A DNA stretch of 64,000 bases from Nitrospirota bacterium (GTDB lineage: Bacteria; Nitrospirota; Thermodesulfovibrionia; UBA6902), in the NCBI GenBank assembly GCA_016214845.1, contig JACRMS010000028.1:16070-80069 (forward strand), read 5' to 3'. Position 1 is the first letter of the stretch, and each line of letters opens with the position of its first letter. Positions 56,827 through 64,000 of this stretch are shown in pieces. Under the pieces are notes generated by a model, which saw only the letters and a list, made by a program, of their open reading frames with translations, did not search any database and had not been told where the DNA came from. The position numbers and the translations under genes were made by a program.

Positions 56827-58697
56827 TCCTTATGCCTTTCGAGGTAATCAATCACTTCTCTCAAGTCCTTCAGTGTCTCATCCATTTTCATTGCGCCGAG
56901 TTCGGCAGGGGCATACCGCGCCATGTCGCATGACGCGAATATGTTTTTCATTTTACTTAAAAGGCCTGAGTCTATATTTTTCTCCTTCAGCGCGTTCTCA
57001 ACAACATCCGCTGTTATGCCTCCGGCAGGGATGTGGAAACGGTTGCCGAGATATTCCCTTATAGTCCTGAACACGGAATCATAAAATTCCTGCGGCATTT
57101 TTCTGCTGAGGAAATCCTCCGCCTCCTGGATTCCCTTCTTCGCCTTTTTGGGAGCGGACAGCCGCCGCGCGTAACCGATGTCTGTGCTGAGCTTCGCCTT
57201 GCGCTTTTGTAAGATCCACGCGGACACAAGCGCCAGAAGCGGCACGATCTGAAGGAGAAGGAAGAACGGATTTTTATAAAGGTAGCCGCCTTTCTTTTTC
57301 AATTCACCGGGAGCTTCTTTTATGTAAATAATGTCCCTGCCGAACACCTCTTTTCTCACCAGTCCTCCACCTGTCTGAGGCGCTTCCATGATCGTTGAAT
57401 TTTCCCGCTCTGCTTTTATGACCTGCAGCGGAATGGCGTTTTTTGCAAGTGTCTGGTATTGGCCCTTGTCCGGGTTGAAGAAACTGAACGAAGCTTCAGG
57501 AAGATTCCTTACAGTATCGGTTATTGGTATCAATACCTGCTCGAATATTTTCTTGTCCCCTTCCTGTTTGACCTGCGGCTCATAGGTTTTGAATCCCTCC
57601 TGCTGCTTCATGACGGGGCCGGTCACAGTATTGAAATTGCCTTTACCGGAGACGATCATCTTCACGGTGACCGGGTCTCCAACCTTTACCGCTGATGGAG
57701 AGGCTTCCATGTTGAATTTAAAATCCCCGACCGCGCCCTTAAAATTATCAGGCCTGTTCCTGTCAGGAAAAGGGAGCACGTTGATCGTCAGCTCGTTGGA
57801 CTTAAGCTCAATAGGGGTCACTTCATAGCCTCCGAAAAAATCATCATCAAAAAAATTATCAAATTGAGACGAAGGCGCCCTCCTGTTCTTTTTTGAGAGG
57901 AGATTGGCCTTGATCTTCGCCGGGCCCAGCCTGAAATCCCCTGCCTTCGTGGCGAATATCTGCGTCTTGAATTCAACGACATCAAAGTTTACCCCGCCCC
58001 TTGTTTCCTGATACTGGACCGGTTTTTCAAACTCGCTTGCTGAGAGGTGCTCATGTTTTAATTCAGGATACTGGACGTCCCGCAAGCCGACCCTGTTGAT
58101 ATAAAGTTTTATGCTCAGGGGGACCATTTCGTTTAAATATACCTTCGTCTTTTCAGCCTGCATTTTTACTGTCACCCTGTACTGCAGATTTATCTCCGGC
58201 CTTCTCTGTTCACGCGATGTCGCGGGCCCGCCCCCCTTAGACGCGCTGTCTGAAACTTCAAGCGTAAGCGCGGCGGAAGTATAGGTCTCGCCTTTATGCT
58301 GGACAGTGATCGGAGGTATCTGAAATTTTCCGGTCTTTAAAGGGACAAGCACGTAGATGTGTGTGATCGAAGAAGTCATCCTGGTATTCACTATCGACAT
58401 CATTGTGGAAGGGCCGGCATAACGCGACTGTATGCCGTCGATATTCGGAAGCTCAGGCGCGGGTATGTCTGTCGTGCCTTCAAACCGGAGATTAAGCTGA
58501 ACGTTCTCCCCCATATAAATGGCATTACGGTCCAACAACGCCTCAAAGGTGATGTCTTTGGCAAAGGCAGCGCCCGGCAGCAAGAATAACCCTGCCGTCA
58601 GATAAAAAATAATTGCCATAACGCACACTTTTTTCGATACCTCGACGTGCTTTTTGTCAAAGCAGGCGTGCATTTCTTTGTTCAAAGTCATATGCAT
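56823..58697 (-). CDS. batD: BatD-family protein
   Basis: Exported Ig-like repeats, FKGAVGDF, VGDPVTVKMIVSGKGN, one TM, C-terminal CDMARYAP; operon position. Confidence 0.85.
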   Translation of the reverse strand: MHMTLNKEMHACFDKKHVEVSKKVCVMAIIFYLTAGLFLLPGAAFAKDITFEALLDRNAIYMGENVQLNLRFEGTTDIPAPELPNIDGIQSRYAGPSTMMSIVNTRMTSSITHIYVLVPLKTGKFQIPPITVQHKGETYTSAALTLEVSDSASKGGGPATSREQRRPEINLQYRVTVKMQAEKTKVYLNEMVPLSIKLYINRVGLRDVQYPELKHEHLSASEFEKPVQYQETRGGVNFDVVEFKTQIFATKAGDFRLGPAKIKANLLSKKNRRAPSSQFDNFFDDDFFGGYEVTPIELKSNELTINVLPFPDRNRPDNFKGAVGDFKFNMEASPSAVKVGDPVTVKMIVSGKGNFNTVTGPVMKQQEGFKTYEPQVKQEGDKKIFEQVLIPITDTVRNLPEASFSFFNPDKGQYQTLAKNAIPLQVIKAERENSTIMEAPQTGGGLVRKEVFGRDIIYIKEAPGELKKKGGYLYKNPFFLLLQIVPLLALVSAWILQKRKAKLSTDIGYARRLSAPKKAKKGIQEAEDFLSRKMPQEFYDSVFRTIREYLGNRFHIPAGGITADVVENALKEKNIDSGLLSKMKNIFASCDMARYAPAELGAMKMDETLKDLREVIDYLERHKE

Positions 58698-58784
58698 AAT
58701 TTAATTAAAATCCTATCGGGTGAAACAAATTTATTAGCAATGTCTGCATTTCTGCGGATGCAGCGTCTCTTTCACGGCCTCCCA

Positions 58785-59627
58785 TTACCAATCCTTCTGC
58801 ACCTCTTCTGAATGCCCTCTTCTCTCGCGGTTAAAAACATCTCCAGACTCTTCCTCGCCATAGGCGTCAAGCAGCATCCTTGCCTCCTCCGGTGACATCT
58901 CCTGTGTCTTCTGTCCGGCTTTGTCGTGGGCCTTGGCTTCTTTACCTTTTTCTGCCGCAGACTTTTTGTCCTTGTCGTCGGTTGTCCCTGTCTGTTCGTT
59001 CCCGGACTTTTGCTGCTGCTTGTCCCCCTGCTTATCCTTGTCTGACTTTGCCTCCGGTCCCTTGCCTTCCTTATCTTTCTTGTCCTGCCCTTTGTTCTGC
59101 TGCTGTTGAGGCTGGTTTTTCATTTTTTCCTGTAGGGCCTTTATTTTCTTTTCCACAAGCTCACGGTTATATTCTGCGTCCTTATCGCTCTTATCCATTT
59201 CCAATGCCCGCTTGTAATAGTCAAGAGACTCCTGATATAAATTGATCGCTCCATTGGCATCGGAGTTTTCCATGAGGCTGCCGAGTTTGTACTTGCTGTT
59301 GGCCATATTATACAATGCGCCTTCCTCAATTTTTTTATCTCCGGCGCTCATTGCCTTTGTAAATGCTTCAACAGCCTCTTGATACCTGCCCTTTTTATAA
59401 AGCGCTGTGCCGAGGTCGAAATTTACAATGTCCGAGTCAGGCGCTTCCGCCTTTGCCTCATTGTATTTTTCCATCGCCCCGTCGTATCTATCCTGATGAT
59501 ATAATTTATTCCCCTCCCTGACCGCCTTCGCAGGAGAGGCAAAGACAGGAGAAGTGAAGATTAAACAGAGTAATATGAACAAAAGAAATTTTCTCATAAT
59601 TTTTTTGTTGTCGCGATCTTTAGTCAT
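58785..59627 (-). CDS. batC: BatC-like TPR protein with Q/K/D-rich linker
   Basis: EGNKLY, FDLGTALYK, ALYNMANS, low-complexity linker, MSPEEARMLL...KDW end. Confidence 0.82.
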   Translation of the reverse strand: MTKDRDNKKIMRKFLLFILLCLIFTSPVFASPAKAVREGNKLYHQDRYDGAMEKYNEAKAEAPDSDIVNFDLGTALYKKGRYQEAVEAFTKAMSAGDKKIEEGALYNMANSKYKLGSLMENSDANGAINLYQESLDYYKRALEMDKSDKDAEYNRELVEKKIKALQEKMKNQPQQQQNKGQDKKDKEGKGPEAKSDKDKQGDKQQQKSGNEQTGTTDDKDKKSAAEKGKEAKAHDKAGQKTQEMSPEEARMLLDAYGEEESGDVFNRERRGHSEEVQKDW

Positions 59628-60667
59628 GCTTTCTTAGCCAATCCCTGATCCCTAACCCCTGATCCCTTATTCTTTCTCCTCTCCCTGATAAACGGTTCGA
59701 TACAGAGCAGCAGTAGCGCCAGCGCAAGAGGAATCTGAAATTTCTCATTATACCTTTTTACCATTTTGTTCTCGATGTCCCTTCTCTCCATCTTCGACAG
59801 TTTCTCATCATAGATCAGGTCCAGGCCGAATTCGGTGTTCGTCGCCCTGATATAACTGCCGCCTGTTGTTAATGCGATCTTCTGTAAGGTGTCCTCATCC
59901 AGGCGTGACTTGACCACATTCCCGCTGCTGTCTTTTAAAAATTCCCTGTGGCCGGCCTCATCGGTAACGGGGATAAGTTCGCCTTCTCTTGTGCCTATTC
60001 CGATGGTGAAAATTTTAATGCCGTCTTCCTTTGCCTTTTCAGCCCATTTGACAGCGTCACCCTCAAGGTCTTCTCCGTCGGAGATGATCACCAGCGTCTT
60101 ATATTTTTTCTTGCCGCCCTCGTAACTATCAAGCGCCACCCTGATCGCGTTTGAAATTGATGTGCCGCCTTTTGGTATTGTGTAGACGTTGATGTCGTCG
60201 AGAGAGAGCATGAACCCGGTGTAATCCGAGGTCAGCGGGCATTGTAAAAACGCGTTCCCCGCAAAGGCGATAAGCCCAAGCCTGTCGCCCTGCAGTTTCT
60301 TTATCAGGTCCTTGACAGCAAGCTTTGAACGCTCCAGCCTGTTTGGCTTTACGTCTTCGGCCAACATGCTCTTTGAGGTGTCAAGCGCGATCAATATATC
60401 AAGCCCGCTTCTCTTTACCTCTTTCCATTCAAAACCCCACTGCGGCCTCATGAGTGAAATTATAATTAAAAAAATTGAAATCATTATGAAAGCCGCCTTA
60501 AGCCTCTGCGTCCGCTTGTTCAGAGAAGAAGTCAGTTCATCAAGGAGTTCCTTCTGCGCAAACCTCTCCATGTCCCTCTTTCTCTTTCTGTACGCCCAGA
60601 GATAAAAAATGACGAGGCCCGCCAAAAGCCACAGGAAATGCATCGCATGTAAGTTACCGAATTTCAT
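59624..60667 (-). CDS. batB: BatB-like VWA-domain protein
   Basis: RPQWG, ALDTSKSMLAEDVKPNRLERSK, DRLGLIAFAG, ISDGED. Confidence 0.87.
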   Translation of the reverse strand: MKFGNLHAMHFLWLLAGLVIFYLWAYRKRKRDMERFAQKELLDELTSSLNKRTQRLKAAFIMISIFLIIISLMRPQWGFEWKEVKRSGLDILIALDTSKSMLAEDVKPNRLERSKLAVKDLIKKLQGDRLGLIAFAGNAFLQCPLTSDYTGFMLSLDDINVYTIPKGGTSISNAIRVALDSYEGGKKKYKTLVIISDGEDLEGDAVKWAEKAKEDGIKIFTIGIGTREGELIPVTDEAGHREFLKDSSGNVVKSRLDEDTLQKIALTTGGSYIRATNTEFGLDLIYDEKLSKMERRDIENKMVKRYNEKFQIPLALALLLLCIEPFIRERRKNKGSGVRDQGLAKKA

Positions 60668-60711
60668 ATTCTATACAGCTGTAAGCTATTAGCTGAAAGC
60701 AATCAGCTAAT

Positions 60712-61707
60712 TTACGGTATCCTCCTTAGCACAGTATTATTCAAGACAACCTCAAGGAGCAGCAGGGCCAGGCCGGGAATCAGGAAGAGGTAAAACAGCT
60801 CTTCATATTCGGCATAGCCTTTCTCCTCGATACGCGATTTTTCCAGCTTGTCGATCTCTCCGTAAATATTTCTCAATGAGCCGGTGTCCGTGGCCCTGAA
60901 ATATTTCGCGCGGGTCTTCTCAGCGATACTTTTTAAAAGCTCCTCATCAATCTCTATCTTTACGTTCCTGTAGACCTTATTGCCGAACATGTCTTTCGCG
61001 GGGAAAGGCACAAGCCCTTTTGTGCCCGCGCCGATGGTATAGACTTTTATATTCAGGGCTCCCGCAGCCTCTGCCGCGGTAAGAGGGGAAATCTTTCCGG
61101 CATTGTTTATCCCGTCGGTCAGCAGGATGACGATCTTGCTTTTGGCCTTTGTGTCCTTCAACCTGTTCAGCGCGGAGCTGATGCCTGAGCCGATCGCGGT
61201 GCCGTCCTCGATTACGCCGACCTCTATCCTGTCCAAGTTCTGAAGCAGCCATCCGTGATCAAGCGTAAGCGGCGCCGCTGTATAAGCCCTTCCGGCAAAT
61301 GCCACTATGCCGATCCTGTCGTCAGGACGGTTTTTGATAAACTCTCTCACTACGTCCTTGACCACATCAACCCTGCTCGCGCGCCTGACCCCGAGTTCAA
61401 AATCCTCAGCAAGCATAGTGGTTGATACGTCGATCACCAGAACAATGTCTATTCCTTCTCTCTCGATCTTTGATTCCTGCGATATCAACTGGGGCCTTGC
61501 CAACGCGAAGATTATCAGAAAAAGCGCGGCGGTCCTCAGGATGAAAATGTTGCTGTGCAATTTTATTTTAAAAGTCGCCCGCAGGTTTTTTACAAGTTCT
61601 CCAGTTGAAAATTGTAATGCGGGCTGCGGCTGTCTTCTCCTGATGAAAAAAATGAGAGCGGCAGCAACCGGCAGTAATATCAAAACCCACGGATTCTGAA
61701 AGTGCAT
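60712..61707 (-). CDS. batA: BatA-like VWA-domain protein
   Basis: ATG at 61707 after AAGGAG; ALARPQ, DVSTTMLAED, DRIGIVAF, GTAIG, LLTDGINNAG, YFRATD. Confidence 0.88.
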   Translation of the reverse strand: MHFQNPWVLILLPVAAALIFFIRRRQPQPALQFSTGELVKNLRATFKIKLHSNIFILRTAALFLIIFALARPQLISQESKIEREGIDIVLVIDVSTTMLAEDFELGVRRASRVDVVKDVVREFIKNRPDDRIGIVAFAGRAYTAAPLTLDHGWLLQNLDRIEVGVIEDGTAIGSGISSALNRLKDTKAKSKIVILLTDGINNAGKISPLTAAEAAGALNIKVYTIGAGTKGLVPFPAKDMFGNKVYRNVKIEIDEELLKSIAEKTRAKYFRATDTGSLRNIYGEIDKLEKSRIEEKGYAEYEELFYLFLIPGLALLLLEVVLNNTVLRRIP

Positions 61708-61724
61708 AAGCTCCTTATTTTTTA

Positions 61725-61861
61725 ACCACAGAGAACACGGGGAAAAATAGAAGATGAGAAGTTGGGAAATCAAGAAGATGCGGAAGGACAGTTTTGCTTT
61801 TTCTCAGCTTCATATCTTCTTGTCCTCTCAACTTCTTTTAATCTCTGTGCCCTCTGTGGTT
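61725..61861. repeat. Inverted nonamer arms enclosing inverted octamer arrays
   Basis: aaccacagagaacacgg ... ctctgtgccctctgtggtt with inner gaagatgagaagttgggaa / ttctcagcttcatatcttc. Confidence 0.7.
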
Positions 61862-62376
61862 GATTTCAGGATTTCCTTTGTCTCGTCAACAAACCTCTTT
61901 GCTGAATCGTAACTGGCCTCAGCCTCTTTTTCTCCAGGCAGATATTTCGCGAACTTCACCATATCGCAGCGCGAGAGAAAATCTTTCAGGAGGCCCTGCT
62001 GTCCGGTTGTTAAAGTCTTTGAATCTTTCAACGTGATCAGAAACTCTTCGGTAGTCATCTCCGGCGCGCGGAGATGAAAACGGTCCTCCACGTAATATCT
62101 AACAATGTTTGAAAGCTCAAAATAAAATTCCCGCACCCTGCCGCTCTTTAAATAATTCTTATTCATAAGTTCTTTCAGCGCCTCATAGGCTGTCTCATGC
62201 GCTGGTTTCAGCGGTATGACCGTTTCTTTCACTTTTCTTTTTTTCTTCCTGAAAAATTTAAAGAGGAGGACCGCGATGATTATGATCGCGAGTATGGCGA
62301 GAAGAATATAAAGATATTCCCAGCCCGGAAAACTCAGAGGCCCTTTGATGTCACGGATGTCTCCTTCGCCGTTCAT
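61828..62376 (-). CDS. Bat-cluster membrane protein (DUF4381-like)
   Basis: DIRDIKGP, one TM, PAHETAYEAL, YVEDRF...A.EMTTEEFL, CDMVKFAKY. Confidence 0.8.
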   Translation of the reverse strand: MNGEGDIRDIKGPLSFPGWEYLYILLAILAIIIIAVLLFKFFRKKKRKVKETVIPLKPAHETAYEALKELMNKNYLKSGRVREFYFELSNIVRYYVEDRFHLRAPEMTTEEFLITLKDSKTLTTGQQGLLKDFLSRCDMVKFAKYLPGEKEAEASYDSAKRFVDETKEILKSTTEGTEIKRS

Positions 62377-62382
62377 GCCTGA

Positions 62383-63258
62383 TTAAATCCTCCGCTCCCT
62401 CATCCTGAAAAATCTGTAAAGCTCCCTGTCATAAGGGACGTCCGTGCGGATGTCTATGTGGTCAACGTTTATCGAGCGCAGGAGTTTCCGCCTTTCCTCA
62501 AACATCTTGACCGCGTTTGCGTGATACTCATTTCTCAATGCGAAACTTGATGTATCAAGCAGGCTACTCTCACCCGTCTCAGCGTCCTCAAGGCGCACAA
62601 TGCCTATGTCCGGCAAGTCAATTTCCCTTGGGTCTGTAACTGAGATGGCAACAACATCATGCCGTTTATTGGCGGTAGACAAAGACATTTTGTAATCCTT
62701 CGCGTAAAAATCCGAGATCACAAAAGTGATCGTGCGGCGTGTTATGACCCTGTTAAGATACTCCAGCGCAGCGGTAATATTTGTGCCCTTTTCCTCCGGC
62801 TCATAATACAGCGCCTCCCTGATTATCCTGAGCACATGGCTCAGCCCTTTCCTTGGAGGCACGAATTTCTCTATCTTATCGGTGAAGATAATAAGCCCGA
62901 CCTTATCGTTATTTTTAACTGCGGAAATTGCTAACAGGGAACACAATTCAGCGGACAGATGCCTCTTGAGTTTCTTGACCGTTCCGAAAAACGAGGACCC
63001 CGACATGTCCAGGAGAAGCATGATGGTCAGCTCTCTCTCTTCCATAAATTTCTTTATGAAAGGATGCCCCATTCGCGCGGTCACATTCCAGTCAATCGAG
63101 CGGATGTCATCGCCGGGCTGGTATTCCCTGACCTCCTCGAACTCCATGCCCCTGCCTTTGAACACACTATGGTACTGCCCGGCAAATACGTCCGTGACCA
63201 TCCGTGAAGTGGTTATCTGTATCCTGCGTATTTTTTTGAGTATTTCCTTAGGGATCAT
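62383..63258 (-). CDS. DUF58-domain protein
   Basis: GQYHSVFKGRGMEFEEVREYQPGDDIRSIDWNVTAR, EEREL, ISDF. Confidence 0.93.
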   Translation of the reverse strand: MIPKEILKKIRRIQITTSRMVTDVFAGQYHSVFKGRGMEFEEVREYQPGDDIRSIDWNVTARMGHPFIKKFMEERELTIMLLLDMSGSSFFGTVKKLKRHLSAELCSLLAISAVKNNDKVGLIIFTDKIEKFVPPRKGLSHVLRIIREALYYEPEEKGTNITAALEYLNRVITRRTITFVISDFYAKDYKMSLSTANKRHDVVAISVTDPREIDLPDIGIVRLEDAETGESSLLDTSSFALRNEYHANAVKMFEERRKLLRSINVDHIDIRTDVPYDRELYRFFRMRERRI

Positions 63259-63273
63259 TTATATATCAAGGAT

Positions 63274-63340
63274 CAAAGGTACAAAGGCACAGAGGCACAA
63301 AGTGTATTAATAGTCTTTGTGCCTTTGCTCCTTTGTGCCT
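63274..63340. repeat. Inverted octamer arrays (CAAAGGCA)n ... (CTTTGTGC)n
   Basis: caaaggtacaaaggcacagaggcacaaag ... ctttgtgcctttgctcctttgtgcct. Confidence 0.75.
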
Positions 63341-63346
63341 GATTCG

Positions 63347-64000
63347 TTACGGCACCTCTATTTCCTCAAATATCTTTTTGATAATATCATCGGACGTCTT
63401 CTCTTCGGCCTCGGCTTCGTAGCTGACGATGACCCTGTGCCTCAGGACATCAGGGCCGATGGATTTGACATCCTGCGGCGTGACGTATCCCCTGCCCTGG
63501 ATAAACGCGTAAGCCTTTGACGCGATGTTCAGATATATGCTGGCGCGCGGTGAAGCCCCGTACTGGATCAAGCCGTCGAGTTCATTCAGCCTGTATTTTT
63601 TCGGCTCCCTCGTGGCAAACACAATATCGAGAATATATTTTTCGATTTTCTCGTCCATGTAAATGTCATTCACGACGTTCCGCGCCCGCTGAATGTCCTC
63701 GGGTCCGACCACCGCGTTCACCGCGATGTTCTTGTTGGTAAACGCCATGCGCTTCATTATCCTGTGTTCCTCTTCAATAGTGGGATACGTGACGTTTATC
63801 TTGAGCATGAACCTGTCAACCTGCGCCTCAGGCAGGGGGTAAGTGCCTTCCTGCTCAATGGGGTTCTGCGTGGCAAGCACCATAAACGGCTCATCAAGAG
63901 GGAATGTATCTCCCCCTATGGTGACCTGCCGCTCCTGCATCGCCTCAAGAAGCGCGCTCTGGACTTTCGCGGGCGCCCTGTTGATCTCATCGGCAAGAAT
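63347..64000 (-). CDS. moxR: MoxR-family AAA+ ATPase (3' part; runs off window end)
   Basis: [60 protein letters not shown]. Confidence 0.95.
   Translation of the reverse strand: MLADEINRAPAKVQSALLEAMQERQVTIGGDTFPLDEPFMVLATQNPIEQEGTYPLPEAQVDRFMLKINVTYPTIEEEHRIMKRMAFTNKNIAVNAVVGPEDIQRARNVVNDIYMDEKIEKYILDIVFATREPKKYRLNELDGLIQYGASPRASIYLNIASKAYAFIQGRGYVTPQDVKSIGPDVLRHRVIVSYEAEAEEKTSDDIIKKIFEEIEVP

Noticed and set aside
1651..63340. Repeat arrays as CRISPR arrays
   Set aside because: Units are 7-9 bp, degenerate and contiguous, with no unique spacers and no cas genes
55969..64000. MoxR-DUF58-bat cluster as a novel system
   Set aside because: Well-known, widely conserved gene cluster in its usual order

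Overview
Bacterial window of moderate GC, probably from an anaerobe (Nitrospirota- or deltaproteobacterium-like gene content; this is inference only). (1) 1-11.4 kb: complex I operon nuoA-nuoL on the minus strand, with nuoL cut by the window edge. (2) 11.6-27.2 kb: a divergent redox-signalling and electron-transfer cluster. It encodes a haem-c-motif sensor kinase, a stand-alone receiver, DRTGG/RsbT-like/PHP/HATPase proteins, a receiver fused to a lysine-less GcvH-like domain, a receiver-NuoE fusion, a HydD-like ferredoxin, a bifurcating-type HydB/NuoF, and a second NuoG/FdhA-like subunit with no Mo ligand. An oppositely oriented two-component/lipoprotein cassette interrupts it. (3) 27-37 kb: cupin, S8 protease, archease-rtcB-mqnA, HD-GYP protein, IscA-like protein, Dus. 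(4) 37.6-55.9 kb: a mosaic defence-like island. It holds a DUF1016 pseudogene, a metallophosphoesterase-STAND-TPR (NLR/Avs-like) protein, a DUF4062-ATPase-HTH gene flanked by two alternative 3' ends of a giant cyclic beta-1,2-glucan synthase, and higB / higA-ImmA / a truncated beta-family gene. (5) 56-64 kb: MoxR-DUF58-batABCDE. Many intergenic gaps hold inverted arrays of degenerate 7/8/9-mers or REP-like palindromes, some translated in-frame inside genes. No rRNA, tRNA, CRISPR array or intact transposase/integrase was recognised. All assignments come from reading motifs by eye; no searches were run.
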